Position numbers and translations under genes: made by a program. Positions 37,877 through 46,566 of a stretch of 64,000 bases of DNA are shown one piece after another. Position 1 is the stretch's first letter, and each line of letters opens with the position of its first letter. Origin of the DNA: a bacterium (GTDB lineage: Bacteria > Vulcanimicrobiota > Vulcanimicrobiia > Vulcanimicrobiales > Vulcanimicrobiaceae); contig JAKBKY010000001.1 in NCBI GenBank assembly GCA_021832345.1, positions 22,385 through 86,384 of the forward strand, given 5' to 3'. The notes under the pieces are model-generated. The model was not told the DNA's origin, did not search any database, and saw only the letters and a program-made list of their open reading frames with translations.

Positions 37877-39109
37877 ATGGACAACCTTACGGTCGCACCC
37901 GCGCAGCATCGGGCGCTGGAGTTTGGAATCTATCGCGACGGCGATAATAATCTCGACGCCGTTCAGGAGACGGCACTCGGCCAAGCTCTGCAGACGAGCG
38001 CCGCCGACCACCACATCGAGTTCACCATACAGGACACCACGGCACTCCGGCTGGGCCACGGCGACACGGTGAGCTCCGGTCCGCTGCACACCAACGAGTA
38101 CACGATTGCCGGCGGACGGCTGCGCAACGTTCGTACGGAGGCACCGCACGAGATGAGCGATGCATCCAACCTTGCCAAGTTCGTGGCGCACACGCTCGAC
38201 AACGCGCAGCGCTCCGGCGCCAAGCAGACCTGGATCGATCTGGTCGACCACGGCGGCGGTGACGGCGGCGGGCTGCAGACCAGCGACGGGCATGTGATGT
38301 CGATGCCGGGTATCGCCAAAGCGATCGCCGAGGGCGTCGCCCTCCACGCCAAGGAGCACCCCGAAGATGCCGCTCGCGGCGTGGACGGCGTCGTCGCCAA
38401 TCAATGTTTGATGTCGACGCTCGGCTTCGCCGACGCGCTCTCGCATGCGGGCGTCAAGTACCTGGCAGCCTCGCCGGAGACCATGGTGGCGCCCGGCGCG
38501 CCCTCGTCCATCGCCCATACCATCGCTGCAGACGAGGGGCATCCCGGCACGATGGCTCGCCAAGTCGTCGGTGCCGTCATGTCCCAACGCTACGGCGTTG
38601 ACGGCCAGAGCTGGGGCCCCGCGGCAGCGTTTGATGTGCTCGATCTCGATGCCGCCAAGCTTGCGCGGGTCGAGCGTTCCGTGAAAGCACTCAACGACAC
38701 CGTCGTCCACGCCGCGCAGAATCCAGATGTCCGGGATGCCGTCCGCGAGGACGCCAAGAAGGTCGACGGCATGGTGCGCTTCCCGGGCTCCAAAGGCTTG
38801 CCGTGGCAGGCGGATCGCCCGGCGATGGCCTTCTACGACACGCTCGCCGGCGACACGCGTTTGGACCCGCAGATTCGCGCACGGGCTCGCGATGCATCGC
38901 AGAGCGTGGGCAACATGGTCCTCGCACACAAGGAGTCATCCGCCTTTGGTCCGTTCGGTGGCGCCGACTACGCCGACGCCGCCGGCCCGACGGTGCATGT
39001 CCCAACCTCGCCCAAAGAGATCGATCCGTGGGCACCGGCGGTCAGCGAAACCAACAACGCCTTCTACCACCGCACCGACGAGGATGCGCTGGCACGCATC
39101 ACCGCTTAA
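37877..39109 (+). CDS. Clostripain-like (C11-family) cysteine peptidase homologue
   Basis: DGDNNLD N-terminal motif, a His in LVDHGGGDGGG and a Cys in VVANQCLMSTLG spaced as in the C11 catalytic dyad. Confidence 0.5.
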   Translation: MDNLTVAPAQHRALEFGIYRDGDNNLDAVQETALGQALQTSAADHHIEFTIQDTTALRLGHGDTVSSGPLHTNEYTIAGGRLRNVRTEAPHEMSDASNLAKFVAHTLDNAQRSGAKQTWIDLVDHGGGDGGGLQTSDGHVMSMPGIAKAIAEGVALHAKEHPEDAARGVDGVVANQCLMSTLGFADALSHAGVKYLAASPETMVAPGAPSSIAHTIAADEGHPGTMARQVVGAVMSQRYGVDGQSWGPAAAFDVLDLDAAKLARVERSVKALNDTVVHAAQNPDVRDAVREDAKKVDGMVRFPGSKGLPWQADRPAMAFYDTLAGDTRLDPQIRARARDASQSVGNMVLAHKESSAFGPFGGADYADAAGPTVHVPTSPKEIDPWAPAVSETNNAFYHRTDEDALARITA

Positions 39110-39391
39110 CAGGTCGCGGAAAAAGGCTGGTGCGGCTATCGCGCCGTGGTTTTGAGGCGGTTTCGAGGAGCGAGGAGCGCAGAATGACCGCGTCATTTCA
39201 GTAACGAGCGACGACGAAAGCGACCAAAAGCGGGGTGCGAGAGATGTGCGGGCCTTTCCCCGCAACCTGTTAAGGCCACACCATCCCGATCACCGGCGAG
39301 AGCTATCGGACCAAAGATCGCACACCGCCGGCAGCGGGAGCCAAGCCGAAATCCGCAACATCAAACGCCGAGGTGAGGGCGATTCGATTAC

Positions 39392-40068
39392 CGAGCCTGG
39401 GGCATTTCGGTTATGGCGCGCAACCGAGCGCGAAATCGTTGTGCCTCAGTCCGATCACGTTTGGCCGTGAGCAAGAACTCAGCGGCGGGTATACCACGGT
39501 CCCGGAGTTGGCGCAAAACCGGGCGGTTCGCCGGCGCGAATGATGTAGGGGTTGTCCCCAGGTTCGTAAAAATTATTTGGAAAGCGACCGCTGTTGAGCA
39601 CCCAATAGCCAGGCGCAACATCTAGGCAAGGTCCATACTGCGCGTCGAAGATAATGAGACGATGGTTGTGTCCTAAGAAGACGAAGCGGATAGTCTTCGA
39701 GTGGATATAGCGCTGGATTCGGTGCAACAGATGCAGTTGGTCTTCGGTTAGTGGCGGCACGCCTGACTTCCCAATATCAGCGACGTTGTAGCTCGCCGGA
39801 CCGAGTGCGTTCGGATACTCGTAGCTTTTGCATGCTACGCCGTAACGAGAAACACGGACGGCGACTGCGTGGAAAGCGAGAGAGTCGTTGCTCGTCGGAG
39901 CGCCAGGAGTCGCTTCAGATGCCCGGGAGTGCGCGTTGCTAGAGGAGCGGGAAGCACAGTCCCCTGTTCCGAGAAGCATGGCTAGAATCGCTGCCAGAGC
40001 ACTAAAGCGACTCAGCGTCATATAACCCTCCGACAATCACACACGTTTACGAGCCTGCATCCCTGTGT
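39392..40068. repeat. Direct repeat copy A (~680 bp, ~93% identical to 41062-41739), spanning a secreted-protein gene
   Basis: The repeat extends from ~90 nt 3' of the gene to ~30 nt 5' of its start. Confidence 0.7.
39479..40036 (-). CDS. Secreted hypothetical protein, paralogue A (185 aa)
   Basis: Signal peptide MTLSRFSALAAILAMLLGTGDC. About 93% identical to the 41150-41707 product. Confidence 0.6.
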   Translation of the reverse strand: MSEGYMTLSRFSALAAILAMLLGTGDCASRSSSNAHSRASEATPGAPTSNDSLAFHAVAVRVSRYGVACKSYEYPNALGPASYNVADIGKSGVPPLTEDQLHLLHRIQRYIHSKTIRFVFLGHNHRLIIFDAQYGPCLDVAPGYWVLNSGRFPNNFYEPGDNPYIIRAGEPPGFAPTPGPWYTRR

Positions 40069-40230
40069 GTCAATCATCGCATTGACCTCGGAGACTGCCG
40101 CGTCTACACTCGCCGGATCATTCGGCTTGAAATGCACGCTTCCGATTTTCCCATCGAGCGCCTTAAGAGCATCCGATGCATCCCGAAGCCCGCGTTGAAG
40201 CTTGTCGAGGCCGTTGATTTCGAATTTCAT
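40018..40230 (-). CDS. Small hypothetical protein (70 aa)
   Basis: Unique ORF immediately upstream of paralogue A. Coding status uncertain. Confidence 0.3.
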   Translation of the reverse strand: MKFEINGLDKLQRGLRDASDALKALDGKIGSVHFKPNDPASVDAAVSEVNAMIDTQGCRLVNVCDCRRVI

Positions 40231-40369
40231 GCGTTCACCTCAGACTTCAGAGTGAACCTTGTCCATGCCATAGGGGTTGACATTGACCGTCACCGTTCCT
40301 GGGAGAACTCGGGTGCTTCGCGCGCATCGGCCCCTTGACACTATGCGAGTATTAGCATAATCTAGGCCT

Positions 40370-40732
40370 GTGTCCAAAGAACTCGTCTGGCTCGGCTCGA
40401 CGCTTGAAGACCTCCGAGAGCAGCCGGAGAGCGTCCGCGACTTCATGGGCAGTGCTCTCCGAGATGCCCAGGAAGGCGGCAAAGCCGACGACGCTAAGCC
40501 CATGAAAGGTAAGCTCCGCGACGTTATCGAGGTTCCATACGACACGCCGGACGGGACGCTTCGGCTGATGTATACCGTGAAAATCGCTGAGGACATCTAC
40601 GTCTTGGACTTCTTTCAGAAAAAGAGCAAATCGGGGACAGCAACACCACAAGCCGATCTCGAACGCATCGAACAACGATTGAAGCACGCTCGCGCTCTTG
40701 CGGCAGAAATAAAGAAAGCGAAGAACTCATGA
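40370..40732 (+). CDS. Gp49-like / HigB2-type RelE/ParE-family toxin
   Basis: C-terminal motif DIYVLDFFQKKSKSGTATPQADLERIEQRLKHARAL, typical of the phage Gp49-like toxin family. Followed by an overlapping XRE HTH gene. Confidence 0.7.
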   Translation: MSKELVWLGSTLEDLREQPESVRDFMGSALRDAQEGGKADDAKPMKGKLRDVIEVPYDTPDGTLRLMYTVKIAEDIYVLDFFQKKSKSGTATPQADLERIEQRLKHARALAAEIKKAKNS

Positions 40733-41058
40733 GCGAAAAGATCAAAATTACCCGCAGCAGTGGCAACGTGTTTGCCGATCTCGGACTTCCCAACGCCGAT
40801 GAAAGATTGGCCAAAGCAGACCTTGCCATCGCGATCAAACGCGAGCTAGACGCTCGTAAATGGACACAAGCTCAAGCCGCGGAGTATCTCTTCCTGACGC
40901 AGCCGCAAGTCTCTAAAATCCGTAACGGGAAACTCGAAGAGTTTTCACGCGACACGCTGCAAAAGATTTTACGCAACCTCGGAATCGATGTTGAAATCTC
41001 GCTGCACAAGCGTGAAGACGGCGGCATTGGAACGCTTCGTGTACTTCAGGCCGGATAA
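40729..41058 (+). CDS. XRE-family HTH antitoxin (HigA2-like)
   Basis: GNVFADLGLPNADERLAKADLAIAIKRELDARKWTQAQAAEYLFLTQPQVSKIRNGKLEEFS. The ATG overlaps the toxin stop. Confidence 0.75.
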   Translation: MSEKIKITRSSGNVFADLGLPNADERLAKADLAIAIKRELDARKWTQAQAAEYLFLTQPQVSKIRNGKLEEFSRDTLQKILRNLGIDVEISLHKREDGGIGTLRVLQAG

Positions 41059-41061
41059 CAC

Positions 41062-41739
41062 CGAGCCTGGGGGCATTTCGGTTACGGCGCGCAACCGAGC
41101 GCGAAATCGTTGTGCCCCAGTCCGATCACGTTTGGGCGTGAGCAAGAACTCAGCGGAGGGTGTACCACGGTCCCGGAGTTGGCGCAAAACCGGGCGGTTC
41201 GCCGGCGCGAATGATGTAGGGGTTGTCCCCAGGTTCGTAAAAGTTATTTGGAAAGTGACCGCTGTTGAGCACCCAGTAGCCAGGCGCAGCATCTATGCAC
41301 GGCCCGTGCGTAGCATTGAAGAGAGCGAGACGATGGTTGTGTCCTAAGAAGACGAAGCGGATAGTCTTCGAGTGGATATAGCGCTGGATTCGGTGCAACA
41401 GACGCAGTTGGTCTTCGGTTAGTGGCGGCACGCCTGACTTCCCAATATCAGCGACGTTGTAGCTCGCCGGACCGAGTGCGTTCGGATACTCGTAGCTTTT
41501 GCATGCTACGCCGTAACGAGAAGCACGGACGGCGACTGCGTGGAAAGCGAGAGAGTAGTTGCTCGTCGGAGCGCCAGGAGTCGCTTCAGATGCCCGGGAG
41601 TGCGCGCTGCTAGAGGAGTGAGAAGCACAGTCCCCTGTTCCGAGAAGCATGGCTAGAATCGCTGCCAGAGCACTAAAGCGACTCAGCGTCATATAACCCT
41701 CCGACAATCACACACGTTTACGAGCCTGCATCGGCGGCA
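41062..41739. repeat. Direct repeat copy B
   Basis: See copy A. Confidence 0.7.
41150..41707 (-). CDS. Secreted hypothetical protein, paralogue B (185 aa)
   Basis: About 93% identical to paralogue A. Confidence 0.6.
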   Translation of the reverse strand: MSEGYMTLSRFSALAAILAMLLGTGDCASHSSSSAHSRASEATPGAPTSNYSLAFHAVAVRASRYGVACKSYEYPNALGPASYNVADIGKSGVPPLTEDQLRLLHRIQRYIHSKTIRFVFLGHNHRLALFNATHGPCIDAAPGYWVLNSGHFPNNFYEPGDNPYIIRAGEPPGFAPTPGPWYTLR

Positions 41740-41817
41740 AACGGTTGATGTCCTAGACGACAAAACGCAACCAGGGAGCACTCTAGGCATCCCTCCTAAG
41801 ACCGGCCGAGGAGCTGC

Positions 41818-43809
41818 TCAGCGCAGCAGTGCCACACGCTGCGGATAGATCGGGCGATTGACGATGCGTTCGAGCACTTCGGCGCCGGCGCCGAGCGCAA
41901 GTTCGCAGTACTTTGCCAGGCTCTCGCGCTCGGCTTCTCCTTCGGCAAACCGTTCCGTCTGCGCGAGGTCGACCTTGCCGGTGACGCGCCGGAAACGCAC
42001 GTAGCGCCCGTCATCATCGAGCCCGGCCTCGACCAGCCCCGCCTCTTCAAAGATGCGCAGCGCGGCTGCCACCGTGCGTTCGTCGGCGCGGTCGAGTTCA
42101 AGCGTGCGCGCAACGTCCACGGCGCTTGCGCGCAGCAGATCCTCGCGAGCCATGTCGCGCATCCCGCGATAGAGATCGCGCAGCGTCGGCAGGGTGGGCG
42201 ACGAGCGGTCGATGATGAACTCGTTGAGATTGCGATCGCGCTGCCCGTAGAGCAGATGGATGCGCGCCGGTTGGCCGTCTCGCCCGGCGCGCCCGGCCTG
42301 CTGATTGAACTCGGGAAAATCGAAGTTGAGGTGGTAGAGAACGACATCCCGCACGTCGGGCAGATCGATCCCTTCACCGAAGGCCGAGGTCGCGACGACC
42401 ACTCGTAACTGCCCACTGCGAAAGTACTGCTCCACCTCGTGCCGCTCTTTTGTCGGCATGCCGGCGTGGTAGAACATGACCTTGTCGCCGAGCGTAGCGC
42501 GCAGTGCCTCGGCCACCTTGGTGGCCTCGTTACGAGAGTTGCAGTACACGATCGTTCGCCCATCGTCCTCTGCGGTCAGCTCGCGCAGATAGCCGATCTT
42601 ATTCTTCGTTCCGCGAGCGTCATGAACGTGGAGATTCTCTCGAATCGTCGGGTCGATGACCCAGGCGTCGATATGCAACTCGCGCACGATGTGCGCGAAC
42701 GCCTCGTCGCCGGCGGTCGCAGTGACCGCCAACACCTGGGGCGACCCAAGCGATGCGATCGTCTCGCCCAGCCGGCCGTAGGCTGCACGATGGCGCGATT
42801 CATAGAGGTGGTGAGCCTCGTCCACGACCACCAGCGAGGGGACGCTTGGCCCGGTGAACGCGCTTCGATGGAACTCCAGAAACTCAGGGGTGGCAAGAAT
42901 GATATCCCACTCCCCCGTGCGCAAGGCGCTGAAAAGCTCTTCTCGCTGCGGCGCGGAGATCGAGCCGTTGGCGCGATGGATGCGAATCCCCAGCGGATCG
43001 AGCATGCGCATGAGCGCTTCGTACTGGTCGTTGGCCAGCGCCCGCAACGGATAGAGGACCAGCGTCTTCTCGCCCGCATTGAGCGCACGCAACGCCGCAG
43101 GATAGTGGAAGCAGAATGATTTGCCGCGGCCGGTTCCCATGATGCCCAGCGCATGGTGCCCCGCTTCGACTCGCTCCAAGAGCGCCAGTTGCGCCTCGTG
43201 CGGTCGATAGTCGCCGATCAAGGCGCGGCGCACGCGTTGCGCATCACCGTCCCACGACTCGCGCGCCATGCGGTCACCGCTCGCGGTGGCGCTCGAACCC
43301 GCCGTGCGCCACACGTAGAGATTCACGCCGCGATGGATCTTCTGCGTCGCAGACTCGGGCGCCGGCCCGCCGGTCAACGACGCGATCTTCGCGCGATAGA
43401 GCACGCCTGCATCCATCGCCGGCGCGAGGTGTTTAGCGATGCCCGCCCGCAGATACCCGAGCTGCAGGTTGCCGTAGTACACCGCGACGGCGTTCGAGTC
43501 GTGCGCATTCTCGGCTTGGCGTTTGAGTTCGAGCCCGAACTCCGGCTGCAATCCGGCCAGCACATCCTGACGCCCCTCAAACGACACCCCGACGACCTTG
43601 GTGTAGAAGCCGTCGACCGCACCGATCGACGCATAGGGATCTCGTTCGAGAAACGAGTCTTTGGCCGCGAACGCCGCGTCGACGAACGTTGAGAGCGTCG
43701 TCGCCTCGGGTTGTTCCAAGGAGCCGAGCAATCGTTCGAAGGCCGCCTCCGACGGCGTCGGCGGCGGCTTCGACTCAGCCGTGTGGTTGGACGGCCTGCG
43801 GTTGCGCAT
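41818..43809 (-). CDS. RecQ-family DNA helicase with N-terminal HIRAN domain
   Basis: DEAH box (VVVDEAHHL) and helicase C motifs. The N-terminal HIRAN-like region is VVGVSFEGRQDVLAGLQ...ENAHDSNAVAVYYGNLQLGYLRAGIAKHL. The start is uncertain (43809-43866). Confidence 0.8.
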   Translation of the reverse strand: MRNRRPSNHTAESKPPPTPSEAAFERLLGSLEQPEATTLSTFVDAAFAAKDSFLERDPYASIGAVDGFYTKVVGVSFEGRQDVLAGLQPEFGLELKRQAENAHDSNAVAVYYGNLQLGYLRAGIAKHLAPAMDAGVLYRAKIASLTGGPAPESATQKIHRGVNLYVWRTAGSSATASGDRMARESWDGDAQRVRRALIGDYRPHEAQLALLERVEAGHHALGIMGTGRGKSFCFHYPAALRALNAGEKTLVLYPLRALANDQYEALMRMLDPLGIRIHRANGSISAPQREELFSALRTGEWDIILATPEFLEFHRSAFTGPSVPSLVVVDEAHHLYESRHRAAYGRLGETIASLGSPQVLAVTATAGDEAFAHIVRELHIDAWVIDPTIRENLHVHDARGTKNKIGYLRELTAEDDGRTIVYCNSRNEATKVAEALRATLGDKVMFYHAGMPTKERHEVEQYFRSGQLRVVVATSAFGEGIDLPDVRDVVLYHLNFDFPEFNQQAGRAGRDGQPARIHLLYGQRDRNLNEFIIDRSSPTLPTLRDLYRGMRDMAREDLLRASAVDVARTLELDRADERTVAAALRIFEEAGLVEAGLDDDGRYVRFRRVTGKVDLAQTERFAEGEAERESLAKYCELALGAGAEVLERIVNRPIYPQRVALLR

Positions 43810-45121
43810 CGCGCACGGCAGGATCGCTCTCGTCGGCCGGCGCCGGCGTCTGCAGCTCGTAGGCATCGAGGTTCAGGGTGATCTCCTCGTGCCCCTGATC
43901 GAAGGCCGCTTCATCGAGTCCGGCGTTCTGCGCGTCGAGCGGATCGACATCGCCAACCTCGGTATACGATTCGACGAGCGGAACGGCTGCCGGCTCACTG
44001 CGTTTGCGCTTGTACTTCGCAGGCGCAGGCGTTGGCGTCGTCCGTGTCGACTTCTGCTTGGCACGGCGCTCCTTACGAGCAGCCACGATATCCTCATGCG
44101 CTACCCCACCGCGATGCTGCAGCGCCTGCGCTTGGGCACCGGCGCGCGCCGAGGTTGCACCGCTCGTCGCAAGCCCGGCGTGCCGCCGGCGTGAGGCCGT
44201 CTCCATCTGGCGTTTGCGGAACCCGAGCACGAGCGGAGCCGAGAAGAAGATCGAGTGGTAACCGCCGGAGCAGATACCGACCAGCAGCGCGAAGGCGAAG
44301 TTCTTCAAGCTGGCTCCGCCGAGCGCCAGCAGCGCCACCAGCGTGATGACGACGGTGGCCAAGGTATTAAAGGAGCGCGTCATCGTCTGCAAGATCGAGG
44401 TATTGACGATCTTCTCGTAAGCGACGCCGGCCATCAACTTGGTGTTCTCTCGAATACGATCGAGAATGACGATCGTATCCATCACCGAGTACCCGATGAC
44501 GGTCAGCACGGCGGCCAGGAACGCGTCGTCTGCGCGGCGATCGGCCAGCGCGTAGATACCGATCATCATCAGCGCGTCTCGGACGAGCGCAATGACGGTC
44601 ACCAAGCCGAAGATGTAGTTCCAGCCGAAACGGAAAGCGATGTAGAGGAACTGGATGCTCAGCGCAATGACCAAGGCCCAGATCGCTTTGGTCAGATACT
44701 CGTGCCCCAGCGTCGGGCCGATCGCGCTGATCTGCGAGGCGTTGCGGTTGATCGGCGCAACCCCGCCGAGCGCGTTCCAGAGCGGAGACGAATGGTTGGC
44801 GAACGGCGTTTGCGTGGTGATCGAGAAACTCGTCCCCTTCGTCCCGAGCGTATTCACCCGTTGATCGGCCAAATGCAGCGGCGCGATGGCCGTCTTGACG
44901 CTTGAGGTTGGAACGGGATGCGTGTACGTGACATTGATGTCCGTACCGCCGGTAAACGAGAGGCCCAACCGCAGCATGTGCGAAGGCTGGAACCCACCGC
45001 CGGGTGCGGTAAAGCCGTGATAGAGCATCGCCGCGATACCCAGGCCGATGACCAGGTATGAGATCGTCGAAACGATCCGGAACCAACCGACGATATTCCA
45101 GTTCAGCTTACGAAAGAACAT
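43775..45121 (-). CDS. secF: Protein translocase subunit SecF with ~130-aa low-complexity C-terminal extension
   Basis: SecF TM core. Directly downstream of secD. Confidence 0.85.
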   Translation of the reverse strand: MFFRKLNWNIVGWFRIVSTISYLVIGLGIAAMLYHGFTAPGGGFQPSHMLRLGLSFTGGTDINVTYTHPVPTSSVKTAIAPLHLADQRVNTLGTKGTSFSITTQTPFANHSSPLWNALGGVAPINRNASQISAIGPTLGHEYLTKAIWALVIALSIQFLYIAFRFGWNYIFGLVTVIALVRDALMMIGIYALADRRADDAFLAAVLTVIGYSVMDTIVILDRIRENTKLMAGVAYEKIVNTSILQTMTRSFNTLATVVITLVALLALGGASLKNFAFALLVGICSGGYHSIFFSAPLVLGFRKRQMETASRRRHAGLATSGATSARAGAQAQALQHRGGVAHEDIVAARKERRAKQKSTRTTPTPAPAKYKRKRSEPAAVPLVESYTEVGDVDPLDAQNAGLDEAAFDQGHEEITLNLDAYELQTPAPADESDPAVRDAQPQAVQPHG

Positions 45122-45124
45122 GGC

Positions 45125-46534
45125 TTACGCTCCCATCTTTGCAAGGGAGCCGATCTCTTCGGTTTTCACGCCATAGAACTCCGGCGCCGTTAAGATATCG
45201 TTGTCGACCAACGTGTCAACGAAGAAGCGCGTGATGAAGACCGCCGTCACGAGCGAGAACACCGTGCCCCAGAAGAGCGTGTAGGCGAAGCCTTTCACCG
45301 TTCCGCTCCCAAGCGAAAACAGAACCCCCGCACCGACGATCGTCGTGAAGTGGCTGTCGAAGACCGCCGAAAACGCACGCGCGAAGCCGGTGCGCACGGC
45401 AGCGCGCAGCGTACGGCCCGCCCAGAGTTCCTCTTTAATGCGCTCGAAGATCAGCACGTTGGCGTCGACGGCCATACCGATCGAGAGCACGAAGCCCGCG
45501 ATGCCCGGCAACGTCAGCGTCGCTTGCGAGAGCGCCAACAGCCCGAACATCATCAGCACGTAGATGGCAAGCGCCAGATCTGCCAGCAGACCCGGCAGGC
45601 GATACCACAGCACCATAAAGACGAGGACCAAGCCCAGTCCCAACATCGCCGCATAGAGCGACTGCACGAGATCGATCTTGCCCAGCGTCGGGCCAATCGT
45701 CTCCTTCTCGATGATCCTCACGCGCACGGGCAGAGCACCCGCATTGAGTTCGTTCGCCAGCGTAATCGATTCTTTTTGGGTGAACTGGCCGGTGATCTGG
45801 CCGCTGTCGTAGATCGCCCCGTTCACCACCGGCGACGAAAGGTAGCGCTTATCGAGGAACATGCCCAGGCGCTTGCCGATATTAGCGTTCGTCAACTTGC
45901 CGAACTTCGCCGGGTTCTTCGTTTGGAAGAGGATGTCCGGATTGTTGGCCTGATCGTAGCCGGCCTGCGCGCCCTTGAGGTCTTTGCCCGCGTAGACGAT
46001 CGGGCCGCTGGCTTTATACGCGCCGATATCCACGTACTTGCGTGCAGCCGCCTTCTGCTTTGCGGTTGCGCTCGGGTCGGCGAGCGTCGCTAGGGCAGCG
46101 TCAGCCTTCTGACCCACCGAGTTCGGGACGATCTTAAAGGCCAGAACCGCGACCTGTTTGAGCAGCTTCTCGGCTTGTTTCGGATTCTTCACATCGGGCA
46201 GCTCGACAAGAATGCGATTCATGCCGACTTTGCTGATCCGCGGTTGAGTGACGCCCAGGCCGTTGATCCGGCGATTGATCACCTCTTTGGTCTGCTCTTG
46301 AATCTGCGGCGTGATCTGCGGGACGTCGGAGGTCGGGTAGAGCTGCAGCAAGAGGCGCGAGCCGCCTTGCAGATCGAGCCCGAGGTGGATCTTCTGCTGG
46401 ATCGGCAGCATGAGCCAGAGTGAGATTGCGACAATCGCAACCACCACGAGCGCTCGAATCGGGGTCCGAAGGTTATTCCAGGTCATCATCGTTCCAAGGA
46501 GAAGCAGCGCCACGATGGAGGTCGCGGCGGACAA
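45125..46534 (-). CDS. secD: Protein translocase subunit SecD
   Basis: Periplasmic domain plus six TM core. 469 aa. Confidence 0.9.
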   Translation of the reverse strand: MSAATSIVALLLLGTMMTWNNLRTPIRALVVVAIVAISLWLMLPIQQKIHLGLDLQGGSRLLLQLYPTSDVPQITPQIQEQTKEVINRRINGLGVTQPRISKVGMNRILVELPDVKNPKQAEKLLKQVAVLAFKIVPNSVGQKADAALATLADPSATAKQKAAARKYVDIGAYKASGPIVYAGKDLKGAQAGYDQANNPDILFQTKNPAKFGKLTNANIGKRLGMFLDKRYLSSPVVNGAIYDSGQITGQFTQKESITLANELNAGALPVRVRIIEKETIGPTLGKIDLVQSLYAAMLGLGLVLVFMVLWYRLPGLLADLALAIYVLMMFGLLALSQATLTLPGIAGFVLSIGMAVDANVLIFERIKEELWAGRTLRAAVRTGFARAFSAVFDSHFTTIVGAGVLFSLGSGTVKGFAYTLFWGTVFSLVTAVFITRFFVDTLVDNDILTAPEFYGVKTEEIGSLAKMGA

Positions 46535-46566
46535 CCACCCGAGTCTACCAAGGCCCTAAAGGGCCG

